Below are positions 1-11,589 of a DNA stretch of 43,215 nt, piece after piece. Source of the stretch: Catajapyx aquilonaris (Eukaryota); the NCBI GenBank assembly GCA_000934665.2, contig JYFJ02003362.1, positions 1 through 43,215 on the forward strand, in the 5' to 3' direction. Made by a program: the position numbers and the translations under genes. The notes under the pieces are model-generated. The model ran no database searches, was not told the DNA's origin, and saw only the letters and a list, made by a program, of their open reading frames with translations. Each line of letters opens with the position of its first letter. Positions within the stretch are counted from its first letter, which is position 1.

Positions 1-252
1 TCCTTTCACTAAATGTTTGTAAGATAACACATTAAAGAGGATGACAGAACTGAACCCACTGACTATTTACTGTGTGTACCTAACCGCTCGGGTCACAGTA
101 TCATTTTATTTTACAAAGCGCCAATTATGGAAAATCTCCGATCATGTACACAGATATTAATAATTTAATTAATATTGTACCATATTACGTATATTATAGA
201 GAATGATTAAAATAACAATATTACAATTATTGCAATTACAATAATGTTGCAA

Positions 253-345
253 TATTGTACTGAGGCAAATGATGGAAAATCTCCCATCATATAATTTAAT
301 AGCTATGTGCATAATAAGATTTTCCATATTTGCCTCTGTACAATA
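253..345. repeat. Short inverted repeat (foldback/MITE remnant)
   Basis: TATTGTACTGAGGCAAATGATGGAAAATCT pairs, with one mismatch and one indel, with AGATTTTCCATATTTGCCTCTGTACAATA around a ~35-nt spacer. Confidence 0.6.
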
Positions 346-1276
346 AATAATGCAGTGAACATTGATTGAAAAATTAAAATTGAGGCCCTAAATAAATTTT
401 AGTCAATCTGATATTAGAATATTAATACGATCAGTAGCTCCAAAGAGTAACCTAAAGTTGATGAAAATCTTCCAATATTATATTGACTCGAATTTATTTA
501 GGCCTCCAATTTTAATAAATTTTCGAGTAATGTGTATCATTTGTTTGGGGGTCATACTGAAAATAATCAGATTAGTGCATGAAACGCCTGAAGTACTACA
601 TAGGAGACCTATTTATAGCTGTCAGCAGATTGGGTTAAAGAGGAACTCTGTCGTTAGCCTTTTTAGCAAATTTCCCCTTCGGACTCGATCAGCACCCTTT
701 ATTATCTGTGCTCGAAGCACCTAATCACGATGCTCCATATCAAAGCAGAACTACTTAATCCCTATAGGTCACCTGCAGCCTGTCAGTTTTTTTTCTTCTT
801 TTCCTTCCAGATATTATCGCTCTCTCTTTCTCTCTCTCTCTAATAGTACATAAAAAAGTGGGACAGTACTTTTGGGTTGCAGTGTAATTAATATTTCACG
901 TGTACACACAATGAGATCGATGTGCGTGATGGTTACCAGCATTTATCAAAACCATTGCACGATCTTTTTTTATTATTGGGATCATATTGCCAGATCTTTG
1001 TTGGGACACTTTTGAAGTTCAGGCCAGATCGTGCCAGTGTGAACGGTCAACATTTTATGACAAACCTATACCTGGAATATTCCAGGTAGAGTTGAGAAAC
1101 TTATTGCATTAATCTATATCATAATATGTATAGCATACGTATATAAAATGCAAAGTTTGTTTGTTTGTCCTGTATGTGAGCATTACATTGGTATGAAATG
1201 CTGTTTGTTTGATTGTCCAGGTTTAGTTTCAATGGCAACAGGCTTCGTTGCTATTGTCCATAAATAAGTAAATAAG

Positions 1277-1311
<35 letters not shown>

Positions 1312-1969
1312 ACCGCAAAGGATTTGAGGAAGTGTGTACCCCAGCAACCAGCTTAAATAGAAGCAACTACAATCTGATTGGTGATTCCAACATGTTTCTC
1401 TTTTTTTGTTGTTTTTTTCATGGTTGCTGGATTGAACAAACCTTAAAAATTATTTATTCCCCCATCATGTGGCACTTGGGCCATGTCACACCCTCTTGCA
1501 TATTATCATCAACAGTGACAGCCGGTCACAGTTCACATAACTCGTGTGGAATTCGTCACAAACAATGTACATATAGGGGTGCGTTCCTGTAACCCCCCCC
1601 CCCTCCCGCCCCCTTGCATTTTTCTGTTGCTCTGTGCAGTACGCCCTGAAGCTATAAAATTGTATGTGCGCAGTGCATGTAACTGTACTTTTACTTGTTA
1701 CATGACTCATGCCAGGAATGCAAAGAGTGTCGTGGGATTCTTTTCCGTAAACAACATTGTATTTCATGCACCTTGCAATCATCGAGACTATAATTATTAT
1801 ACGGCCTCTCTATATGAATGGTGGACGACAATAAAATATTTCATATAATAACACTGTCTCTTTATGAATAATTATTGCACATACACTCCCAACATGTAAC
1901 GAAAGTTGTTCATTCCAGCAACCAGTTTATATAATGTCATTAGTAACCAATTTGAGATATCTTCAGTTT

Positions 1970-2404
1970 CAGCAGTAACTAGCAGTGCTAACTTAGCAGT
2001 AACTAGCAGTGCTTACTTAGCAGTAACTAGCAATACTTACTTAGCAGTAACTAGCAGTACTTACTTAGCAGTAACTAGCAGTGTTAACCTAGCAGTAACT
2101 AGCAGTAACTAGCAGTCCTTACTTAGCAGTAACTAGCAGTGCTTACTTAGCAGTAACTAGCAGTGCTAACCTAGCATCAGCAGCAACTAGCAGTGCTAGT
2201 TCCTAGCAGTAACTAGCAGTGCTTACTTAGCAATAACTAGCAGTGCTAACCTAGCTAGCAGTAACTACCAGGGCTAACCTAGCAGTAACTACCAGGGCTA
2301 ACCTAGCAGTAACTAGCAGTGCTTACTTTGCAGTGCTAACTTAGCAGCAACTAGCAGTGCTAACCTAGCAGTAACTAGCAGTGCTTACTTAGCAGTAACT
2401 AGCA
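1970..2404. repeat. 24-bp minisatellite (AGCAGTAACT + AGCAGTGCTTACTT/AGCAGTGCTAACCT)
   Basis: Directly visible tandem array of alternating 10-bp and 14-bp subunits. A single related unit also occurs at ~18523-18547. Confidence 0.95.
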
Positions 2405-3044
2405 AGGGGGTGAAAACTCCACTCATAATCTACATGATGTTAGGGTTAGGTTAGGAATTCCTCCGAATTTATTTTGATTTTCATGCATTAGGTCCTTTAT
2501 AATCAGTTATATTACTCTGAATTTTTCGCATCTTTTGTGTCTCATAATTTCAGCCAAGTGGACGAATTTCGCGGAAAAAGGTGGGGCTTGTTTTGTCCGT
2601 TGGCCATATATTGCACACAGGTGGTAGTTTTGTGGGGGGTTGGAAAATGTGGTGAGTCAGTTCAGACACTAGTTAGACAATTTCGACCTTCACAAAAGCA
2701 ACAAGCTCGCCGGTTATTGGTCCGAGTCACGTGACAAACCAGGTCCCTCCAAGGCCAACTCAGGAATGTCGGTTTGGGGCTTAACACCTGACCACCTACC
2801 AGAAAACTTTTGGACCGGACGAGGGTGGACTAGAGGCACCGGTGCAGCTGGTACCTACGCACACTTACACACACACCCGAGTCCATATGTAGGACAAACC
2901 ACTTTCACCCATACATATACGACATGTTAGACTAACTACTAAACTGCTTCTGCACCTGCCCACATTATCATTCCTCCACTCCTTATTCTGACACCTCAAG
3001 TATGGTCGTACGTACAGACACAGCATTTGCGATAATTCATTGCT

Positions 3045-3232
3045 CAACGAACGTTACTGTGGCTTTGCCAATCGGACACGTTGAAACACCGCCCCTGGGA
3101 AACAAACTTTGCAATTTTGTATATACCGTATATAGATTTGTACGGTATACAAAAGGCTAAGTTTGTTTATTGTTTTCCGAGTTGGTGTTTCAACGTAGTG
3201 TCCGATTGGCAAAGCCACAATAACGTTCGTTG
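3045..3232. mobile_element. MITE-like foldback element with ~50-bp inverted arms
   Basis: Left arm CAACGAACGTTACTGTGGCTTTGCCAATCGGACACGTTGAAACACC is the near-exact reverse complement of GGTGTTTCAACGTAGTGTCCGATTGGCAAAGCCACAATAACGTTCGTTG. No TSD identified. Confidence 0.75.
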
Positions 3233-3321
3233 GCCTGAGTCGGAACAAGACGGACACTAGCAAAATGGTTTTCTATAGATTCATCTGGACCACTGTCAGC
3301 CATATGTTGCGTCCGGACCAA

Positions 3322-3499
3322 AAATGCTCTAAGTGCTCGAAATGCTCGAAAATGCTCGAAATGATCGAAATGCTCGAAATGCTCGCAGTGCTAGAAATGC
3401 TCGAAATGCTCAAAATGCTCGAAACGCTCGAAGTGCTCGAAGTGCTCGAAATGATCGAAATGCTCGAAATGCTCGAAATTCTCGAAGTGCTCGAAATGC
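3322..3499. repeat. 9-bp tandem repeat (AAATGCTCG)n
   Basis: About 20 copies with point variants. It explains the MLEMLE/ARNARN/ISSISS ORFs. Confidence 0.95.
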
Positions 3500-4158
3500 A
3501 CATTGCGATTTGCCATTGACTTTTCCTGTAAATTCCTGTGGATTCTTTGGATTCCTTTGGACTCCTATATGGATTACTGTGGAGCTGATCATACCCGAAT
3601 TTTTGAATAAAACTGAGGCAATATGTCCTACAAAGTTGAATCATTATTTTGGCCTGATTTTGTCTGTCTATTGAGCCACATAATGTTGCGTGTTGACGTT
3701 CAATCACTCCGGATATCATTGGCAAACCGATCACATATTAGCAGACCGGATACTGAAGATCAACTGTCACACATTTTTCCCATGTAGGGCGAGGGTTTTG
3801 TACTACAATATGTTCTGTTGTTGTTGTTGTTGTTGGCTCAAATCAGGTGCAATTATCAAATTCGGTTACAAGACCGAAGATATATGTCAAGAATAAAACA
3901 ATATCTAACTGATGCAATTGGGCTGTGGTGACATTTAAAAGTAGTGGTCAATCCGGAATGAAGTACCAGGTGTTGCCTGATTTTTTTAAACAAAATTTAA
4001 CGACCGGTTTATCATTTACCATCAGATATGAGTCAACCATTTAGCTTGTTTGAAGAATTGGGGCAGATCGGTATAAATCGAATAAAAACCTTTCTCATTG
4101 CCTTGAACAACTCATCAAGCAACTGCAAAAATCTTGTTCAGGCTATGTATCGTAAGTA

Positions 4159-4216
4159 CAGGGTGACCGAAAAGTCTGGACAATAATTGGCATCCTTGGC
4201 AACCTGGGTCACCCTG
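4159..4216. mobile_element. Tiny Tc1/mariner-type MITE remnant
   Basis: TA|CAGGGTGACC ... GGTCACCCTG|TA: 10-bp TIRs with TA duplication. Confidence 0.65.
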
Positions 4217-6557
4217 TACATTCAGTGGTAATGTTTAACAAGTTTGCAATCACAATCATTACATGGGAATTTGCACCTAGGTGAAAGTCTGACTGTTTTA
4301 CTACCCAGATTGCTTCTTTGCAAGTGGTTGCTGGAGTAAGTAATCCGCAACTTGTGGAGATGCCCACACCTTCTTATCCTCTCCAGAACTTCCTTTCAGG
4401 TTCTTCGCCATATTTTTTTTTACAAATAAAATAAAAGGAAGCCAAGGGCACCAACCTGAATAATTTTGGCACTGATCTCCTGTAATGTTTTTTTTTTTGT
4501 GTGTGTGTGTGTCCTCCTCTGTTACTGATTGTCCACTTATTTTCACTAATAATTTATCCAGATGTTTTTGGTAATAATTATAGCACAGCTTTTTGTCCAG
4601 CGCACAGCAACGACCGTTCCAGCACAGGGACTAGAGCCACACTATTCTCTTTCGCGGTCCTCTGGTTCACCTGGGACCCAACGGGGTACTTCTCTTTTGC
4701 TTGTGGGAGGAAACCATGGGAGAGGGTGGAGAGGAGGAGGTTTGGGTGGTGGTGGTGGATTGCCTTTTGAAAAACCGGTCTGTAGGAAGGGAGGGGGGGT
4801 TGAGGGAGGGTAGGGAGAGAGAGACCAGTGGGTAATTAATAGGTCGCTACCCACTCGTGCTTAGTTCCAACCTTGGATGAGCTGAATGGCTTGTACGCCC
4901 AATCACATTCCAAAGCCCTCCCTCAACACATTTATATCCATAAAAAAAATATTTGGAAGAAAAAAAAAAGAATTAATGGGGTGGTCAGGTGATGTGACAT
5001 CATTTAGGTATGGGTTACGGTGGGTCAAGATTGATGTCATGTTGTTGATGTCATGTATGGTAAAATATGTTATCAAAAAATAAATGGAGGGAAATTAATT
5101 ACATTTGTAGTCATTTACTTGTACGTATAGTAAAATCACCTATCCAACATAATTGTAGGGAAATTAATCGTTTGTAGTCATGTACGCATGGTAAAAATCA
5201 CTTATCCAAAAATAATATTGTAGGGAACTTAATAATTTGCAATAAATTGTAGGGAAATATGTAATTTGTAATTTACAACATGTCTGTATTAATAATGCAA
5301 AGGCTACGTACTAAAAAAAAATAACCGTGTATTGAATTTGAACACAATTATCATCAACAACAACTAACCCAGATTTGCCTCATGTCTTGTTCGTATAGAT
5401 GTTTATATATTACGTTAAACAAAAAAAATAATTAAAATTTTAACAGAGAATACCAGTTCGAGTTGTACTTATTTTTCATTAATTTTCCTATCATTATCTG
5501 TGGTATGCGTTTCAAAAAGAAAAGACTGACTGCGCGTTGCATTTCATGTTCATACAGACATATTTATATCTAAGTACAAACGCTATTTGTTAATTCACAA
5601 GGTCTTATCTGACGTGAGCGAGAAAAAAAAAACGGTTGCGTTTCCTACATTTTCGCAATTAGTTGTGCGACACGTGCAAAATTTAAATGACATGTTCAGC
5701 TTGCATTACTTAGCATTTGTCGGTCAGTTAACTGCCTAAAATGTAGTTAATGGGGTTCGACAAACAAGCATGCACTGTACTCATGCACGTGCACGTACAG
5801 TTGTCACAATTGCGCTTGTCAAATTCATTTTTTGAACTATAGCCGATCATATAACCAGAATATTATTGACATAATAGTGCATTTAAAAAAATTAATTCGG
5901 CACAATTGTGTTTGTCTTAATTTTTTAAGCTAGTCACAACCAGAACATGATCATATTTTTGGTGTACCTCAGTGTAGTGCATTTTCAGATGCAACATTAT
6001 TGGTCACGTATTGTTCTGGTTTTACGAGGCTAACCATTCAAATTAAAGTTTTCATTCCCTAAACAAACGTGGGAAAAGACTGGGTATGTTCTCCCAAGAT
6101 GAAAGTGTTTCCCGCGCTTCTTCACTTGGTCCTCTTTTTTTCATCTCTCGGTGCCTTAATCTTTTTTTTTTACATAGTCTCGAAACCTCTTGTTGCAAAT
6201 AATTCTCCCATGACGACACGCATACCTTTTTATTGCGGTCTGGCCCAAGCAGCAACGAAAAGGAAGTTTTTTTAATGCCTTTTTTTTTTTTTTTTAGTTT
6301 GTGACTCAACCTTCTTTAGGTCGGTTTTTCAGAGGTGCGGACATCAACAAAAGAGAAGACAGAGACTCGTGCGCTCGAATGAGACACCAGCTTATACATA
6401 TTTCCTCCTATACATTTTGAGGATGAAGTGTGTGTGTGTGTTTTTTTTGTGGTTGTGGGAAGTGGGGGGGTCAGGTGGGCAGCGTCCTTTTTTTCCCTCA
6501 GGTGAATGGACCAGGTGTGCTCCACGTTGCCAGTGTGTAGGTTCAGGTTTTTATCAA

Positions 6558-7342
6558 CTAGCACTGGCTGTCTACAAAAAAAAAATGCAGGAAAGAAAAA
6601 TTCATGAATGAAAATGCAGGAAAGAAAAATGCAGGAAAGAAAAATGCAGGAATGAACAATGCAGGAAAGAAAAATGCAGGAATGAAAAATGCATGAATGA
6701 ACAATGCAGGAATGAAAAATGCAGAAAAGAAAAATGCATGAATGAACAATGCAGGAAAGAAAATGCAGGAATGAAAAATGCATGAATGAACAATGCAGGA
6801 ATGAAAAATGCATGAATGAACAATGCGGGAAAGAAAAATGCAGGGATGAAAAATGCATGAATGAACAATGCATGAATGAACAATGCAGGAAAGAAAATGC
6901 AGGAATGAAAAATGCAGGAATGAACAATGCAGGAAAGAAAAATGCAGGAAAGAAAAATGCAGGAATGAAAAATGCAGGAAAGAAAAAACTACAGGAAAGA
7001 AAATGCAGGAATGAAAATGCATGAATGAAAAATGCAGGAATGAAAAATGCAGGAATGAAAAATGCATGAATGAAAAAATACAGGAAAGAAAATGCAGGAA
7101 TGAAAAATGCAGGAAAGAAAAATGCAGGAAAGAAAAAATTGGTCAAAACAACACCGTACAAAGTCAATTAACACTGTAAATATTTGGTAATTTTTAAAAA
7201 TAATGATCTTGTATTGCGTCCAAAAACTTGTTATTACCAATAAACCATCAGTGTGCTCAGTTTCAGCACTCTCAGTAGTACGGAAGTGGGTTAGGTAGCC
7301 CGAACATACAGACGAACCTTCTGCTTTATGTACAGTATAAGA
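6558..7342 (-). mobile_element. Possible non-autonomous Helitron carrying the 15-bp minisatellite
   Basis: On the minus strand it begins A|TCTTATACTGTACATAAAGCAGAAGGTTCGTCTGTATGT and ends CTAG|T, matching the Helitron A|TC...CTRR|T rule. The 3' hairpin is weak. A similar 5'-end motif (A|TCTATATCATAAT...GTTTGTTTGTTTGT) is at ~1113 on the plus strand. Confidence 0.4.
6581..7138. repeat. ~15-bp minisatellite (AAAAATGCAGGAATG/AAAAATGCAGGAAAG variants)
   Basis: Directly visible tandem array of roughly 37 units. It explains the FFIPA/HFSFL ORFs. Confidence 0.95.
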
Positions 7343-8430
7343 TTTAGGAATTTAGCGTTGAGTTTATGCCTGTAGGAATTAACTGTTTTGATAGTGACCT
7401 ATTAGCTCATCATAATGCTAATAATCTCATTTTTTTTAAAGATAGTAATTATTGAACTCCTCATTTTGACATATTTTATATTAATTGGGTGTGGGTGTTT
7501 TCCTCATTTGGTTTTGCCATACGTACTGTACCGTTTTGGTGAGGTTCGAAACCCGCCCTAGCATGACAAGCCTCACATTTTTGTGAGCTTTCAAGGCTGC
7601 ATGGATCACAGAATGAAAGCAATCAGATGGTACGCTCGTGTCTGAAAAACCACTGGCCTTGTCACCTCTTTTTTTTAAAGGAAGGTAAAAAATAATTAGT
7701 CGAAGGGGAAATCGACAAAATGCACCCTGCGATCACTTGTAATAATTATTCATGTGTAGGAAAAATGTATTGAGCTGGAATTTGTTGAACACAGTCATGT
7801 TGCCGGAAGAGATTACAAAGTCGTTCAATTTCAATGATACGTGGCATTGAGACGTATGCAAATGTCGCAAGACAATAAGATGTCGAAATAATTGCTCTCC
7901 ATTCAATGTTAATGGTTCAAAACCAAGGAAGGATTACACCCATCCATTAAAAAAAAATGCGGAATGCAACCTACCACACTTTCACAACACGACAACCACA
8001 CGATTTGTGTGAATCCGCAGCATCGTTCGTCCTTGGTACATTGAACACCATTTAATGGTTTGTTTGCAGCACTAGTGGGATTCATTTGAATCAAATTTTG
8101 TACTACAATGGACCTGAAAACCGCCAATAATCAGGTGCTTCCGAAGGGGGCTGATGGAATAAAATTCCTTTCCAAACCCGATCCGACGGAGTCCTTTGAG
8201 GCCACCAAATAAGAAGACCTAAAACCCACTCTTTGGGGTCCCATTTACCTGGTGGCCTGCTTTTGAAACCGGACCCCTCAAGCTGCCTACCTCAGACAAC
8301 ACACAGGTGCAAAAGGGCTCCCTCAGCTGGTGAAGGAAAGAGAACCAATGGAGTGAATGGGGGAGAAAAGTAGGAAGAGAAAAAGAGAAGTCATATTGAC
8401 TCATCAACTTCAACCAGAGGTTGCCATATA

Positions 8431-8928
8431 CACTCTAAGAAATGTCCGGGTTAAATGTATTTATCCCGGAAAAAATATCACTTTTGTCATGGTTATTTAA
8501 CCCGGACATTTCTTAGTCATGGTTATTTAACCCGGACATTTCTTAGAGTGTATACACTCTAAGAAATGTCCGGGTTAAATGTATTTATCCCGGAAAAAAT
8601 ATCACCTTTGTCATGGTTATTTAACCCGGACATTTGTTAGAGTGTATACACTCTAAGAAATGTCCGGGTTAAATGTATTTATCCCGAAAAAAAGATCACT
8701 TTTGTCATGGTTATTTAACCCGGACATTTCTTAGTCATGGTTATTTAACCCGGACATTTGCGGACATTTGTTAGAGTGTATACACTCTAAGAAATGTCCG
8801 GGTTAAATAACCATGACTAAGAAATGTCCGGGTGTATACACTCTAAGAAATGTCCGGGTTAAATAACCATGACAAAAGTGATCTTTTTTCCGGGATAAAT
8901 ACATTTAACCCGGACATTTCTTAGAGTG
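8431..8928. mobile_element. Array of five MITE copies (26-bp TIR CACTCTAAGAAATGTCCGGGTTAAAT) joined by TATA
   Basis: Units at 8431-8550, 8555-8644, 8649-8778, 8783-8834 (truncated) and 8839-8928. Each is bounded by CAC...GTG with TA flanks, and the last two are inverted relative to the first three. Confidence 0.85.
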
Positions 8929-10753
8929 TATGTTGCGGGGAAGTAAGGCTGCCAAGAGCAAGTAAAAAAAAATGTCAAAATTGTCTCACATGTATTGTGT
9001 TTTTAAAACGAGCGCAACCGAGTGCGCACCCACTTTCGCGCAGTTCCCTCACAAGGGTAGTGTTGGAAATAAGTGCAGTATAACAAGTGCAGTTTAAAAA
9101 AAAATAATAATCATGTGATCATGATGATGAAGCATCAGCCTGATAATGATAACGAGAGAAAATGAAGCTTCTAATGTCACGGGTCAAGGTTTTTATAATG
9201 TAATCTATAGGCTTCATCTTCTTACGAGTTTGAGCAATGGAAATAACCGGTAGTGTACTTTTCATATTGTTCCGACCTTGCTGTATAGTCTCTCTCTCTC
9301 GGAAAAGGAAAACCGGAACTGCATGATCGCATCGATTGTACTGTACAAAAAGGAAAGAAAAAAAAAATTGATTTACTTCATTGCCAACTCTTACCAATGC
9401 AAAAAAAAATTGGGGGAGGTCATATCAGTGACACCTTAGGTGGTTATAAAATTTTCGCGGACAATTACCCGCTACTTTGTCCTTTACAAAATGCGACCAA
9501 GGTCTGTACCTCGAAGATTCAATGACCAGTGATAGCCGTGCTTTTAAATTATTTATTGCAGAGTAAAAGTAACTCCCCCTTTTGCCTCCCAGATTATTAA
9601 TTGCCAACCTCTGATAAATTTGAATAATGTCATGAACATAACGTAGCAGCACCATCTTCAAGTTAAATATTATCAAAGTCACGCATGTTGTTTCATGAAA
9701 ACCGCAGCACGACACCATGCATATTATAATAACAGCCTTTCAATGACAATAAATTAACAATTCAAAAAAGTGCTTCCGGCTGACTAAGCCCGAAGGATCA
9801 TATAATTTAGTGGAAAAGCTTATGACGATAAAAATGGAGGCCATGAAAGTTGGCCAGAGGCCCTCAGGCATGAACTACGTTGGGAGTTCTGATGTGTCTA
9901 GTGCTGTTCGTACAGCAGTTAATCGCGCCATGGCAGAAGGGGCAAAAGCATCTGCCTTCCCGATGTTACGACCATGTGATTACAATTGCATAAATTATCC
10001 AAGAAGTACATTACGTCTTACATTTAGGCACCTTGGGAAATTCTACAACGAAAATACCATAATTGCGCATAGTTATTTCAGCTTCACCACCGAATTAACT
10101 GATTTAATCACAAATTGGTCATAGCAACTTAGCAAAGGTGACGGGAGATATGAAGGTCAGGCATCAGCAATTCCTTCAAATGTCTTACAAGATTACAAGT
10201 ACTTCCGAGGAGGTGCTTTCCAAAGTGACCCACATCAAAAATGCACTCAAAATTTAGTAATGAAAAACATGTAGTATTTCAAGTTCCTTTATTAGGCCAT
10301 GTGCACTTTTGCCAAAATGCAAGGGCACAGGCACAACTTCTTCCCGCATATGGAAAAAAAAAACAGTGAAGCCCACCACCAACAGTAATACAATTCTCTC
10401 AAGTATGACGACTTCAACCATCCTTACAACGACTCTCACTCCTCAAATTCACCTTCTGAACATTGTCAGTGGAAATCTCATTATTATTATAAACAGGTAC
10501 ACATCCTCAGTTGAAACACACAACTTTCTCATCAAATATAAATTACATTTAACTAAATACTGTATTCTAGTAAACAGTAACGATCATAATCCTTCCTTAC
10601 ATAACTCCCATGCATAATCATTTAAGAAAATCAACTTGTTAAGCCTTAAACGGACAATAAAATGTTAAGGCAAGTGCTTGGGAGTTTCACTCGCAAATGG
10701 AATGTCTGCTTCATTTGCGAAGACAAAATTCTTTCTTTATCTTGTATACATGA

Positions 10754-10828
10754 CGACGCCTAAGGATTATATTGTCGTACGTCCATTGTTAAAACGTGGA
10801 CATACGACAATATAATCCTTAGGCGTCG
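10754..10828. repeat. Perfect 26-bp inverted repeat (hairpin/MITE remnant)
   Basis: CGACGCCTAAGGATTATATTGTCGTA ... TACGACAATATAATCCTTAGGCGTCG. Confidence 0.85.
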
Positions 10829-11079
10829 ATGAGAAGACACCATAGACATTGCCATGATGGAGTACTGTGATTATGATTTAAACAAAGTATTCAAAATAAA
10901 GGTCAAGTAAATGCAAAACTCAAAACGCACATGATCTCGCTTTCACATCTCATTCCACGCAACATAATAATCAACAAGTGACGAAATGAAGAGCATAAAT
11001 CTGAGCATAGTTTCAGGCAATAAAATATCTGTGTGCTTTCAAATTACATAAATGATTCCCTCTTATTAGTCCAGCATTA

Positions 11080-11216
11080 CGGGGAAGTACGGCAATTCCT
11101 TAACTCATTCGAAGACCGAATGTCCTTTTGATGGGACGAGTTGTTATGGAGTGCAGCACACTTCCGCTTCCATCTTCTGGTCTTCGAATGCGTTAAGGAA
11201 TTGACGTACTTCCTCG
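11080..11216. mobile_element. Tc1/mariner-type MITE
   Basis: TA|CGGGGAAGTACGGCAATTCCTTAACTCATTCGAAGACC ... GGTCTTCGAATGCGTTAAGGAATTGACGTACTTCCTCG|TA: ~38-bp imperfect TIRs with TA TSD. Confidence 0.8.
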
Positions 11217-11589
11217 TACATGCCTGTTGGATGTACTACTCGAGAAATTAATTGATGGAAGACATTCCCATGATTTTCAATGAATACAAAAACAATCTAT
11301 CATTTTGCTCTAGTTTTAAAGTAGTCACATGCAGTAATTTTTGGACAGAAATCATAGGTAGTCACATGATATGGACAAATGCAATGGAATGGTCGCCATG
11401 TGCTAATACTACACATGAACGCATGATAAATGCACTTATAAATGAACACAAAAATAAGTTTGACAGGTTCAAAACCACAAAAAAATGAAACATTTTTTCC
11501 CAACTGTAAATTTGTAAAAGAAAAAAAAATAAACAACGTTTAAAAAATGTAAACTGCTCCTTTCAAACGTATTGATTGTCTTGCATGGT

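Noticed and set aside
2440..2455. TTAGGGTTAGGTTAGG telomere-like motif
   Set aside because: Only three units; such motifs are common inside dispersed repeats.
6316..7240. Long ORFs (283 aa, 169 aa and others)
   Set aside because: Translations of a stop-free 15-bp minisatellite. The same applies to ORFs over 1906-2112, 3265-3734 and 42563-42933.
8431..8928. CRISPR-like repeat/spacer appearance (also 34893-35470)
   Set aside because: The intervening sequences are themselves repeated rather than unique, there are no cas genes, and the context is eukaryotic.
9810..10124. 104-aa ORF and other short ORFs in 1-11.5 kb
   Set aside because: No recognisable domain, no codon bias like the real genes, and no consistent exon chain found.
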